A DNA stretch of 64,000 nucleotides, from NCBI GenBank assembly GCA_013265495.1, contig MU061056.1, positions 1,102,815 to 1,166,814 of the forward strand. Reading direction: 5' to 3'. Made by a program: the position numbers and the translations under genes. This document shows, one piece after another, positions 38,531 through 52,259 of the stretch; positions within the stretch are counted from its first letter, which is position 1, and the number at the start of each line of letters is the position of its first letter. The notes under the pieces are model-generated. The model was not told where the DNA came from. It saw nothing but the letters and a program-made list of their open reading frames with translations, and searched no databases. Source of the DNA: Vicugna vicugna (Eukaryota).

Positions 38531-41500
38531 AGTAGTTAATATTTGCAAATCTTGAACTGGCACAGGATTCTGTACACTTAAGAGCTTGTATTTGATACGT
38601 AAGGTTGTAGGTACAAGTTACTAGAATGATAGGATTTTAATTCCTTATCAAAGGTTAGGGTTAAGTAGTGAATAAATTTGAATTTCCAAAACACTTTACT
38701 GCCAAAAAGATAAATAAAGACATTGAATCCAACATTAGCTGATTTGGAATGGGGAAAAAAGTTCTTCCATTACCTAGATAATATGAGTTTGGGCATTTTA
38801 TTAGGCCTCATCTATATAAAAAATTAGAACAAAGCAATGTTAAAAAAATGTAACAGTTGTGAAACCTTTTAATCAAAGGAAAGTTGACAGGCAAGACTAA
38901 TACATAAAACAGAACTGTATCTTCTCTGCAAGTGACCTACTTTCTTCATGTTTATACTCCACTGCCCACCCCAACCCTGTGGGGCATTTTTCATGAAACG
39001 TGTTTTGGAAAACCCTTAAACTCAGGAAATTTAAAGTGACCATTAGGTTCCACACAAGTCTACAAAATGTAGTTGTTGGTTGCCCAAAGTTATAAATGGT
39101 ATGAAATCACATTTTGAACAAGAGTTAGACCAAACTTAAGATCCATATTATTTTGTGATACAGATGTCTATTTAAGTCTGCATGTGAAAACATTCTACTT
39201 CAGGTTTTGGGTTCACTCTATCCTCAGACTGACGCTTGTTGGAAGTCTTAACGAGGTTATCATGAGTGAGTTCCAAGACACTCTGTTGTGTTAGACTTAT
39301 ACGAAAGCCAGGTGGGTTAAGGGGCACAAATTCCTTCTTTAAATAAAATTTACTGGGGCTGACAATATTAGAGGAGAGAAGAGAGTTATATAACTACAAT
39401 AAAATATCTCACATGTGTCAATGAAGAAGAAAGGCTGGCAACCAGGATGGGCTCAGAGCTGGGAAAAATGCATCTACTAAGGTAGGTACAGAAATTGTTC
39501 TCTCAGTGACAGTTTTTCTCACTGAAGCATCTAATACAGGTATCTCAAATATAGACAAGGTGTTTGTTTTTATATTTATCCGAAAGGTTAAAGCCATAGT
39601 AACAGTGCAGTACCCCACCCCTCACTCTACTCCCCTATTAAGCCCTCAGATAAGTGTGTTGCTTACAAATGCTCAAATGTGTTTCCCATAAAATATACAC
39701 ATGGTTATATAAGAAACATCTTCACTTTGAATGTGGAGATATGGTATAGTTTTCTTCTTGTTAATACGATGAACTTGTCAAATATGCAAATATTAAGAGA
39801 TAAACATGGCCAGCACACTCATTTAACTGATAAGGCTGAAGTAAGCTTAACATCCACGGAAACAAAGTGTTGGAAACAGGAAGATAAGCCACTCCATTTC
39901 AGGCTCTTAATGTATGCAGTAATTTGTATACACAGTGATGCCAAATTGAGTTGTTGGCTTCATATTTGTGCAGGAGTGCTTCAAAAACAACATGATATAA
40001 TCAACCATGTTGTTATTTTAAATATATATATGAATCAAACACTACTGCTCCACAGTTATGAATTTGACGCAAATTTCTTGCTGAGAAGTATTCACATAAC
40101 AAATGTTCAGCTTTGGCTTTATTTAGTCTATTTTTCTAACAGTTTGAACACTTATAACAATCTCTCTTTATTAAATTCCCTGCGTTTCCCCTGCCGTTTA
40201 CCATCCTTTTAAAAAAAGACAGATGTGTTCTGAATCTAGTTTCATGTACCTGGTGTATTTAAACAGCAATGTATTTTAAACAAACTTTAAAAGAGTTGAA
40301 TATTTAAATAAATACAATATTTTATTAAAATACACTGTAATGAAATAATAATTTATACGCTCTTAGAGATCCTAAACTTTGGCAATCTGACAAAAAACAA
40401 TGGATGGATTCTGTCTTAGAAAATGTACAAATGCATAGAAACCCCAAAATTTTGCATATGATTCCAGGATATTTATAGATCCTAGGTTTAAACTAATGGC
40501 AGTACATTTAATTTTTGATAAAACATTGTGCAAATTTCTCTTTTTTTGTTGTTGTTGCTGCCCATTTGCATTGTTTAGTTATTAAGGAGAATGTTACAGC
40601 CCACATAGCTCCTGTGAAGTAAGATTTTAAGTAATTTCATTTTTATGGAATGAGTGTGTGGTCATAGACTACTTATTATTATGTCTGCGTGTTATACCTT
40701 TTGACCTATGTCTGTTCCCTGTCTTAAACTGTTGCCAAAGAAAGATTATATAGAATGTCTATAAATGCATGTATTTATCTAACACTATGTGCTATAAATT
40801 AATTATAAAGAATTTTATTTGTGTAGTGGATGCATATTTATGACACTGAGGTATAAAATAATAACTCCTTTTATGTTGCTCCATCAGATGACTTGGAGAG
40901 GTCTAACGTGTCTGTCCTGGAAAACTTGTTGCTTCCACAGGTCATTTTGTGCCCTTGGTTATCCATTACAGGGCTAAAGAAAGAGCTGCAGATCTGATTA
41001 TTTACAGATGGAATTAACTATATGGAAGTACACCATAGTTAGTCTAATTATGACCTCGGCTTCTAAACAATCTGAGCAATCATGAGACAAGAGCAGATGG
41101 TACCTTCATTTCTTTTTTTAAAGTAATGAACATAAAGAAAAGTGTTTTTGAGGAATATAGTTCCCCAGAAAGCAGTTGTGTGCGTTGTCAGCATTGGGAA
41201 GAAGCCCAGTTCCCAATACAGGTTAGAAGTAGAAGATTGCTATGGATTGAACCATACCAACACCTCTCATCTATCTGTAATAAATAACCTGAATGCATTG
41301 TCATTAACAACCCGAGGGAAGTGCAGATCGAGGGAGTTACACCATCACCATCTGTTTGCTGGCTAACTAGATTTTCTTAAGGATAATCTACCTAAATGGA
41401 TTTAGATATAAAAAGGGAGATACTATGAAGGTGCTGGGGACTGGAATGCCCTGTAGAACATACTGAGACTAAATAAATTAATCAAGCAGACTTTTTCATT

Positions 41501-44500
41501 TTCCAGACTTTGATCCCCAATCAGCTTTGTTTTCAGCAGAAATGAGTGATAGTCCTTGTGTTTTATTACTCTTTTAACCTCAAACATCAGGCCCCCTGGC
41601 AAAACCTAATGCAAAAATAAAGTGAGAGTTACTGTTTCTTCCCTCGCTGTCTGCTGTTAATTGTATATTGAAATAAATATCTAGGAGTATTTCAGCAAAG
41701 GAAAATGACACAGATGAGCGTATTCCCATTAGTGGGAAGGCATCATTTGGATCATTTTGGGGAAGTTCTCTTCATGCCTGTTCTCTTTTTCCCTCTTTTC
41801 CTTGCTGCTTCTGACCATACGAGCTATTTAATTCCATGCACATCTACTCATAATTCTATTTCAGATTAGATCTGGGCTTATAATACTGTCAGGAAGGATG
41901 GAAATCTCAATCATTCTCTAATATTCCAAGACCTCTCTAAATAGGTCTGATTCCTCTCACCCCTCAAATTTGCTCTTCTGGCCTTGGGCTGTGCTCATTT
42001 TGAACTGTAGGATTTCTGCCCTCTTGGGCTACATCTGGCATCTGGTACACCTTGGTAGGAGCTAAGAATGACTCTGTGGGGGATAGCGTCCACCTTGTAG
42101 GCTGTCAGTGGGACCCCCTAGACTTGTTTTCTGGGGCTGTTCCTTGCACGGAATGCACAGCTATGTGCGTTAGCTCAGAACCTACTTTGTTAAAGGGGAG
42201 AGAGACTCACCTGATTGCCGAACTTTCTTATCAAATGCACATTTGAGTGCCTGCATGTTGGTCGTGTTCTTAAGTCACACAGGCCACGAAGGTGTCCGAT
42301 CTCCTTCTGGAGAATGTGAAGAGGCCAGATACTGGCTACAAACACAAAAACTATTATTTGAATAAGAAGCTTCCTAAGACTCTGTTTCTGAGGAAGAAAG
42401 TTGTAAACGTTACCATGCAATAAGTTTAGGTCTTTTAAAGCTTAAATTCCAATTGCCGTGGACAAAAATATCATGGAAACAAGTGTGTTAAATTGCTGTT
42501 TATTCCTCACAGCTCCACATGCTGAAGAGCACAGGACTAGGATTATGAATGTCATTTCTGAATCGTTCAGCAGAAAATAGAAAAGTTCTTCAACAAATAG
42601 GGAAACTGGATTGACTATATCATAAACATAGAGCAGTGGCATGAAAGCTTAAAATGTGCTGTTTTTAAACTTTTCCTAATTTTGCTCTTATATGCTCACA
42701 TTTTGTTTAGACATGTGCATACCCAGGGTTACTGAAATTTAAATTTATTCCATGCACATCTATAAATGTGTATTTCTGAGAGTTTATTATCAGATCGAGT
42801 CTGCCTAGTTTTAACAGAGTAAGGAAAAACTCTTCATGAGGAGTTACTTAGGATTTTTCTGTATGGGAGTTATGACCATGTTATAAAATTTCACATTTAA
42901 AACATTCATGGGAGAAAAATAGGCTAACATTCAAAGTCTTTTTAAGTAGCTAATGAACAAAATGCATTTCTAAAGAATGGCTATTTGGGGAGAGGAGTAT
43001 CTTCCTTTTAACACAAATCTGAAGCAGTCCATTGAACCTCTGAAAAGCCAAATGTGCCAAGGGAAGAGACCTTGGATAATCTGACTACAGAGCCGTCATA
43101 TCCCACAGCTGTGGTCAGATAACAAATACATTAAAAAATTAAAAGTTCACGTAGGTGTTCAGCTTTCCTGTGGTAAAATTGTCAGAAAGAACAATGAAAA
43201 AACCCAGCAGTGATGTCCTTCTCACCAACAGGTCATCAGATAATGTGGTGACTGGTCCTAATTCTGGGATGGGTAGGGTGGAGAGTTCACCCAACGTGTT
43301 CCCTTGTCTTCATACAGAGTCAGGGTTATCATCTCACAAAGACAAGTTTCTGTTCTCCTGTGTAATAACCTCTCGGCAAGAAGAATCTGGAATTCTGCAA
43401 TAACTCACCAAAATAAAACTTTAAATCTAGTAACAGAAAGAACACAAATGAATTGCAGAAATCTTGGAGAATATATACAGACTACAACAGAAGTTAAGTG
43501 TGAAGCACTTATCAGTCTATAAGCAGAGAGAAATATTGTTAAAATATTTTGCGTAAAGCCTTAGTACTCTATAGTTTTGTACTTTGTTCAACTTAAAAAT
43601 ACATTGTGAACACTTCTATGAGTTAAAATGCCCTTCTTTTATCTCGGTGTGTTGGCAAGGAGCAATTCTCTTTCTTGCCCAGGTTCTAAACATCTGTGGT
43701 GAAAGACAAAAGTGTTGGTAGAATGGGGCCAAAGTTTCATCTTTAATACAGTGAAGACTAGTTGGGCAGATGTGGCTTATCAGTTCCATCAAAGGGCCAT
43801 GTTAATACTGAGCCTCAAATTAAACAGCTTATCCATCCAGGAAAGAATGATCCTAGTCTGATGTAGGTCTTCTTTCTCCAAGACTCCTGTCTAGACAATT
43901 TTAAATACTAGGGGAGTGCGGGAGAGCTAACGCTGCCCACAGAAAATTCACTCTCTAGAGGAAGAATCAAGATTCTTACACCCCTCTCCTATTCCCAAAC
44001 TCATTTACCACCGTCAGCCCTGTCTCCATGGTAAGGAAATGTGACAAGATGAAGAGGAGTCAGGAGTGTCCAATAACAAAACCTGGAATGAAACATTGGG
44101 ATTGAGAATGAATATGCCCCCACACCCATGCCCAGCAAGACCCAGCAGTGCTTGTATTGGCCATGTTGTATTTTGTTATTATGGATAGAACATGAATGTC
44201 TAAATTAATCCTTTCTTGTGGGATAACTTTGTTTTCAAGAATTCACTGCTGAAAACAGGATTTTGATTTATATCTTTGTGTCATTGTCTTGCGTCCCTTT
44301 ATAGTCGTTTCTTTAAGATTAACACAAAGTATATATTGGCAGATTTCCCTCCAGAAAGGCAGTCAGCGATGTAAATGCCCATAAGCAGTATTTAAAATTA
44401 TCACCCTCCTAAGAAATGTTTTGGATTCCCAGTGACCTCAGTATTATCTCTAGTCATTCTTCTTAATCTTTATCAATTTATTAAAAGGAAAAAGACCTGA

Positions 44501-46192
44501 TACAATTTCTTCACTCACATCTTTGCTTACTGTTGATATTTAACCTGTTATGTATATTTAATGGCCATTGACATATCTTCTTTTCTGAATTACCTTTTTA
44601 GATTAACCCTACTTTTCTATAAATAGTAAACATGCTATATTTATTTGCTAGAATTTTTGTCATATAACACAGTGGATAGTGAAAGATTTTGCAAGATATG
44701 AAACTATTTAAAGATTCCAATATAAATTCTAATTTACGTTAATTGTTATAGTATTAAATGCAGTATGTTCAGTTTTTATCATGAGTGTTAAAGGTACTCA
44801 CCACTGTTACCTCTAAAAATCACGAATCAATTTGTTTCCCCAAAATAGATTTGGAACCTGTAAGAAACCGAGATTGTCAACAAGATTAATTTTATAAATG
44901 GTCCTAGTTAATTTTTAGCTTGATGAATTAAAATGTGTGGAGGTTTGCTCCACTGCGGTGATTTGCCTCTCTATAACTTTTCAAAAAAATACCTCTAGTA
45001 CCAATGTTTGGGTCATTTTATCTGTTAATTTCTCCCAAGAACCAAAGCCAATTTGAGTATATGAAGCCTGGATGATGCATTCCACCGCTGTCACAAATTA
45101 TCGCCCTCTCTTCACCCAGATCCTTGAACCTCGGGGCAATACAGTTTTGTGAGACGGGGTTTTGCTTTCTAATCCTTTGTGGGGAAATCTTATTTATGAC
45201 TTTCATCAGCCAGAATGCTCTAGTTCTATTTCCTTCTCACATCAAAAATAAATATTTCTCAAAGCAATGCCCATCACTGAGTTGAGTCCCCTTTGGCTAC
45301 CATGGAAAATAATGTTGCCATCTCTATTATACGTGATCCGGCATGACCTTCCTACATTCATGCGTGGCCTCATTACAAACGCTAAGCATTTTGTTTCCTC
45401 TTTAATTCTCGGTGGGGCACACATATATTAACCCATGACATTTTTCCTGATAGAGAGGAGAGACTGAAAGGAATTCATTGAAACTTACATTAACATTCAA
45501 TGTGCCATCTCGCTTCAAAAAAGGCAAGTAATTATTTTGTAGTAGTTTGTTGTTACTGTCGTTTGAATGTTATCCCTAGAAAATAAAACTATGCAAATAA
45601 ACACCATCTAGTCGGCTGACTATTTATGCAAGAGGACCACCGAGCTTCCAGTTTGACAGGAGTCTGAGCAGTGGTTGGGTCACTGAGATGGCTGTCCTCT
45701 TTGAAGCACCAGGAATGCAGTTATGCTGATGTGAGGTCACCCAGAAACATATTTGAAGCCAACCCACTTTAGAGGAGTAAGTTTTGGATAAGGCAAAAAA
45801 ATCACCGAGAATGTCGTAGAAGTGTTTGGATACCAAATGATTTAGGAACATAGAAGTGTGGAATCTACTATCACATTTAGAGGTCTTGGCTTTGAAATAT
45901 TGTCCAGTTTCTTTTCCCCTCTCAGTCACTAGCTGACCTACCAGGAGGAAAGTAATACTTATCTCTCTGAGGCCTTTGGGGCTTATTTGTTCTTTTAAAA
46001 GTAGGAGCTTTGGAGGAAAATCATTAGTCATTGCCTGGATACTACAGAGAGGAGACCTCCTCCACTGAACAATGGCCGTTCTGCTGTTTGCAACGGGTTG
46101 TTCGGCCGGGGATTTCTTGTTGTTTCTTCGAGCTGAATGGGGTTTTTCATCACTGTATCTCCCCCTAGGGCTCGTTACTTTGAAGCTTACCG

Positions 46193-46240
46193 AATAAAAT
46201 AAAAGGAAGAAAAAAAAAGAAAAAAGAAAAAAGAAAAAGG
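46193..46240. repeat. A-rich tract (AATAAA followed by GAAAAA-like repeats)
   Basis: Directly seen. Confidence 0.9.
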
Positions 46241-46479
46241 AGGTAGAGAGTGCAGTATTCTTACTACCCTCCTAATTATAATGATTTGTGGGTTACTAAA
46301 GCGAGGTAGTATCAAATATGTGTGCGGCGTGAATCACCATATTCGTTTCGAGAAATATTGGCCTCTGTATGGAAGAACTTTGGTCTTGTAAGTGGTAGCC
46401 AGGCTCTAATGGTTTCCCACTCAAAATTACTCTCACTCACAGTGGCTTTGGAGCTGCATACAGTCTGGTACGTCCCCTC

Positions 46480-46880
46480 CTGTCTCGGCATTCCAATCAT
46501 ACCACTATTCCTGTCCCTGAAACACACCACAAACTGCCCCAGCAAGGCCCTCTTCCAGGAGAACTCTGCTCCCTAGAAACTTGCAAGTGTGGCTCTGTAT
46601 TGTAACTGAGATCAAAATTCAGTCTTGTATTAGCAGAAGCCTTTCTTGACTTTTCTATATAAAAATATTTCCCCTCCAGATACTCTCTAGCACCATACCC
46701 TGATTTAGTGTCTTTATAACAGCTATTGTTATCAGAAGTGATGGTGTTTATTGATATGTGTACGTGTTCACTGTCTGCCTCCCTAACTACTGTGTAAGCT
46801 TGGTGAACAGGGACCTTATGCATCTTGTTCACCACTCTGTCCAGCACCTAAAAGAGTGCTTGGCATTTAGTTAGTCCTCA
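46480..46880. mobile_element. L2 3' end fragment
   Basis: 'gtctgcctccctaactactgtgtaagcttggtgaacagggacctt...cttgttcaccactctgtccagcaccta...gtgcttggcatttagttagtcctcagt' is a typical L2 terminus. Confidence 0.8.
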
Positions 46881-47269
46881 GTGCAGAACTGCTGAAGGGA
46901 TTAATGCCTGTACAGTCTGTACAAACTACATGCTTTTATTATCCAGATGCCATCAACTATTTCAACACTGCCACTGACAAATTCAAGACACCCCTTATTT
47001 TTCTGACTACACCAAAATGTCCAATCCAAGATGAAGGTGACATCCTGAGATTCAGGGTTGAATTCTTTCCTTCTTTCAACAGTTGATGTTGAATTGAACA
47101 TTGAATCTGAGCTAGACTCTGGAGGCCCAGGAATGAACAAGACAGATATGTTCTTTGACTTCATGGCTCAGATTAATTGCAGTGGCGTAATTAAACTAGT
47201 AAATAGGATGCGATGTGTTAAGTTCAACATGAAAGAAAATGCACTGTATTTTAGAAAGATCCCTAGGTG

Positions 47270-48140
47270 TGGCACCTGATGCAGTTGAGGGAGTCTGGGA
47301 AAGACTTTTTAAAGATGTCTCCAATTGGATAGTCTGAATAGATAAAGACCTCAGGGAAAGATGACATTGCAGATTAAAAAAAAATCAGGCATGTAAGTGG
47401 ATCTTCTATAAGGGAAATGAGAAACAATGCAAAATTTTAAGCAAAGAATGAGATGCTCAGATTTGTATTTTAGGGCTATTGCTTAGCTGCATTATTTAAA
47501 CAGATGTACTGAAGCTAGACATCAGGTAGGTAGGTAGAAGTGTCACTGCCAGTTAGAAGCTGTTGGACTAATCACAGCAGGTGGTGATGGGACTCTGATG
47601 TAGGAACTGGCAGTGGAGAGAGTACTCTTGCAGAGGTCCACTCATTGGGGCTTTACTGTTGATTAGATGTGGGCATTTAAGAGAGGACAGCACATAAAAT
47701 ACACCCAAGTTTCTGACTTGTACAACGGGGTGGTAGTACCTTGCATTCTTTGGTTCAATAAATATTTACTAAACAGGGTGAACTACCAGCTGTATAAACA
47801 TTGAGAATATGACCATCAATCAATACAAAAAGTCGTTAAGTACGGAAATAAAAACATTAAATACATAGCATGACGGATACCAAGATGTGCTCTTTGAGAA
47901 AATACAACAGGTTAAGCAGGATGAGAGTCCTTGAGTGGTCAGGGAGGGCATGAGACCTGAGGAGAACGAGAGGGCCACGCACGCAGAGATGGGAGTAGGT
48001 GAAGAGGATGAGCACATGAGGCTTGTTGTGTTTGAGGAACAGCAAAAAGGTTGGTGTCAAACATAAGTAAGCCAGGGCGAGCGGTGTAAGGTAACACTGG
48101 AGAACAGCTGGGAGCCTGGTCACGGAAAGCTGTGAGATTC
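47270..48140. mobile_element. L2 fragments (opposite orientation to 46480-46880)
   Basis: 'ttgattagatgtgggcatttaagagagga...acccaagtttctgacttgtacaacggggtggtagtacc' and 'gagtggtcagggagggcatgagacctgag' are L2-like. Confidence 0.7.
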
Positions 48141-48900
48141 TGTGGCTCTGTTATCCTAAATCACGCTTACACTTCATTATCCCCCGCGTCACAAGCCACA
48201 TTTGGGGTAATACTAAGTTTTGTTTCTTTCAAGTAGAAACAGGTTTCTCTAATCACTGGATAATTATTATCAGGTTCTCAAGTACCATCAGAATTGTTTC
48301 AACAATATGTTAATATCAGTCCTGCTTAATAACAACAACCTTTGTGTGTGACCTTTGTACTTAAAGTCAGAAATATTATGTGAGTAGACCAGTGTGATAG
48401 TAGACCAGATCGAGCCTTGAGCAAAACTGAGAACATGGAACGTAAATTCTTAAACATTTTTCTTCTTTTGATGCTCCTTTTTCTTCCCACGTGAGGTATC
48501 TTCTCTGGCTGTTTTCTGTTAGAAGCCCCACCACAGCGCTGAGGACTTTTCCTTCACGTGCCTTCATCACAACCCAGATCTATCTGTTCAGTTCCTTCAG
48601 GATATTGATTGTTAACTTTCCAATGTGAAAGCCAGCCAATCTGATAAATTTGATAAATTTATCTGTATGCTTTTGCTAATGGAGAAGTCTCGCCCACCGT
48701 TTTCCCCTTCTGTGTGACGTATACAATCCTTAGTCACCTCTTCCAGTCTCCCCTGTGTTTACTTCTCTAGGCTGACGTTTGACAATTCAGGTACCTTGTA
48801 TAACCAGCAAAGGAGACATGTGGGGCAGATTAGGTCTTAAATAAAAGGTGAAGAGGTTTCCATGTGTATGGTCTACTGACGAACTCGTCCCTTTCTGTAG

Positions 48901-48921
48901 GTGTTGGGTGTTCTCATCCTG
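48901..48921 (+). other. Candidate 21-nt micro-exon
   Basis: Branch-like tactgac 48874-48880, acceptor 'cgtccctttctgtag|G', donor 'CTG|gtgaga'. Confidence 0.3.
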
Positions 48922-50793
48922 GTGAGAGAATGCACAATGAACTCAAAGTCAAATAGTAGGAGAAGAGAAAGAATTATACTAGTTGGCTAAGGAAACTGCT
49001 GAATTATCAGGATGTGGCCTCTGTGTAAAGCTTCAAAAGACCGTTCTGTGTAGCAAAAAAAATCCGTAATAGCTTTTTCATAGCTACCATTCACGTCATT
49101 ACGTGAATAAATTAAAACTCTTACTCAGCCTTCCAAAAAAAAACATAAAAATAAAAACCCAACTAGATCCTTATAACAGTGTCAGTAGAGATCATATAGT
49201 GAGCAAGCTATCTTAATATACACCTAAAATACAGAATGCATCTTTTGGCTGTAGCGTTGTTTCAACCTGTTATTCTTTTTAATAAGGAGCTGGGCTGTTG
49301 ATATATTTCATGTAATTCATGTATTTTTGTGTTTTTTATGTGTGTTCCCAAAGGCCTTCAGGCAATGAGTGCATTTTTAATAAATTGCATTTGAAATAAA
49401 TAAATAATAGTGGTTCATTACACTGGGACAGACTTTTTTATGGTAGAATTAAAATGAATGAATATTTAACACCATGTTTTAAGTCATTCAAACATGAATT
49501 TTGACAGGGGTTTTTCTCCCTGAAAATGATAATACTATGAAATGTTTCTATTATAAGAATAATTTTAGAACATTCAGTTGAGAATAATATTTAAATAGAA
49601 AACTTTTCTGAGAGCATGTGTTTTTTGAATAATTTATGTCATGAAAATCTAGTATTGCCTACTTGTATCTGTAAGTTATATCTCTTTTTAACCAAAATTT
49701 TTATGATTTTTCTATTTCATCAAAAAAATCAAATTTACCTATAATGCAATGAACTATCATTTTAATGATTAAATGTAGATGTCTGAATTACTAAAGATTA
49801 AAAAGTAGCCTCAAGTTTTACAAAACTGTTCTTGTGCCTCAGAACAGTTTTTCATTCTGTTTCGAGACAATATTTATGCCTCTACTTTTCCCCTCTTTAG
49901 GGAAAGTATTTTGGCATAGTTCCTAGAATAAGAATGCAGTAAATCTAATGCACATTCTAAAACATTAAGATGGACATATCTCCAGCAAAGGAGTCTGTGT
50001 CTGAATACCAAAGACACTTTAATTGCTTATTAACAGCATTTTAGACTGTCTGATGAATGTGCATTGTGGAAATATTCTTAAAATCATTTTTCATTGCAAA
50101 AAATGCTGTAACTGTCCACTTAAGATCATTAAGAACACATTAGATGTAAATTTTAAAAAGGAATATCCTCTAGAATCGTCCTACTGACTATAGACCCATC
50201 GACCTATGCACACACTGTCTAGCATATACCTACACATGTGATGCACACAAACTCATATAGCATAGAACTTTCTCTATTAAATATGAGCAAAATTAGCAAA
50301 TGAGATCCTTTTCTGTTCAAGGAAGTATCAAGTCATTTTTTGGATACCTGTGCCTATACAATGTTACTTTGTCATATCTTTATGATACATCCCGGGAAAC
50401 AGAGCATTTCTCCTTACACAAGATGCTCACTGTAAAAATCCTGGGCATGGGTCCGGCCATCCTAGCCTGCAGTGCAGGGGAGTAGCGTGGAATATGTGGT
50501 GGTGATCATGTGCTGGTTGGTGTCCACGAAGACACGTAACTGTTAAAGGTAGGAAACCACTCATGGCCTTGGAAAGTCTGTTTCATATTGGATTTTTTTG
50601 GAAGAACAATTCTGACGTGAGTATTACTATGGGTCATTTCAATATCTGCATTTCTCTTTGTAAATTTATTGAGGTAGGAGTGTCTCCTTAGATAGCATTT
50701 ATTTTAAATTTTGTACTATCAAAATGGACTCTTGCTGCACTGGAGAAACTGCCTCTGGCTGTATTCCAGTCATCTGATTTTTTTTTTCCTCAG

Positions 50794-50826
50794 CTGCTGG
50801 ACTGTCTATCGATCTGGTCACCTAAG
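50794..50826 (+). other. Candidate 33-nt exon
   Basis: Strong acceptor 'ctgattttttttttcctcag|C' and donor 'AAG|gtgagg'. Confidence 0.45.
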
Positions 50827-52259
50827 GTGAGGGAAAAAACAAGCTCAACAAAAATTGTATTCAAAGCATCTGTGATCATTTCTTCCCCTTTTGTGGCCAA
50901 GGGAGGGCAGTGGGGGAGGGGGCATTTCTCCCTCTCACTGGGGAAAATGAGAAAATCGCAGCCATAAACAGTTTATGTAGGTCATGCTACTACTGAAAGG
51001 AGAATAAGTCTATGTCCATTTCCTATAAAAAAGAAAGCAGAATTGGCCCACTCCAAAATTTAGTCTTTTGTCTATTCCAGAAGCACTTTATGTAACTGGA
51101 AAATCTTTCTTTAATATCATATTGCATAGTAGTATTTGCACTGATGTAAGACACAAGTGTTGCTGTTCCAGTGGCAAATACTTTAGGCAAATAGAGAAGT
51201 GACTGGTATGCATTGCCATTCATTTTGAAAAAGTCAAAGTTATGAAATGATGAGGAAAATGAAAATGTTAGTTAATTGCCTAATGCTGTAAGTTCTAAAT
51301 ACTTTACTCTGAAATGAAATTTCATTTTCATCTTTATGTTTTAATTTGTGTTAATACGTATCTTACCGTTCTTTAATGTGAATCTACTGTTTCTCTGGTG
51401 CAAAGTAATATATTCATGATAAAAAAATTATAGAAGTTATTCTTACAGCATTTTGGGCTACATTTTCTTAGTATCGACCTCCTCCCCCTCCCCTGCCATT
51501 TATTCCCCTTGTAGTAAGCTATTTTGGATGAAATAAGATTATTTTAATCCTTTTCAAGTGGAATCTTGAGCTTTCTCTCAGACAGTGGGGTTGAAGGTCA
51601 TGACAGAGGACAGTGGAGAAATATGGATGTGAGCAGAAAGCACCCTCGGGGGAGCAAGGGAGACAAAGGGCAGGACAGGAGGGTGCTCAGAAGGCCTGAG
51701 AGCAGACAGGGGAGGGCACAGGATGAAAACTGATTGGCCAGAGAGCACGGCTGGGAGCCAGGGTGGGCGGAAGAGGGCCCGCGAGAGGTGAGGGCATCAC
51801 ACTGACATTGACTCAGGGCTGGAAAAAAAGACTGCAAGTAGCTGCAAGAAGAGGAACTTTCCCTACAAATTGTTGGTTCAGCATGCACTAGCCCATCACT
51901 CTAACCTAATGACCTCTGCCCCCGCCTACTTGACAAAAAATAAAGGCCCTCTGGAGCAAAGCTTCTCCCAACTTCATCCCAACTTTCTCCCAAACCCTAA
52001 ACACGTCTTATCACCAATTCCTCCTCATTGACAGTGACCCCTGCATCATGTACTTCCAACCCCAGCAGCTCCTGTCACTTCTGAGACTTCATTCCATAGA
52101 TCTTACTGTCTCTTCTCTCAACCTCTCCCTCCCCAGCACAATTCCTTTTCCTCCGTTCAGCTCAGAAACATGCTTAAATCTCACAAAACAACAGTAGGAA
52201 AAGAGCAAGAGGAAAAGCACAACTATAAAAGTTGCTTTTGTGCCTTTTCCCACAGGCTG

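Noticed and set aside
39679-40212. 177-aa ORF
   Set aside because: Composition looks like translated AT-rich non-coding DNA; no splice or Kozak context and no motif. One such frame is plausible by chance in six frames of 64 kb.
45900-46240. Processed pseudogene 3' end (AATAAA plus A-rich tail)
   Set aside because: No recognisable parent mRNA and no flanking target-site duplication found
46303-46311. let-7-like GAGGTAGTA
   Set aside because: Only 9 nt match; no let-7 mature sequence or hairpin around it
51247-51312. Box C (ATGATGA) and box D (CTGA) spaced like a C/D snoRNA
   Set aside because: No adjacent terminal stem and no recognisable guide; these motifs are frequent in AT-rich DNA
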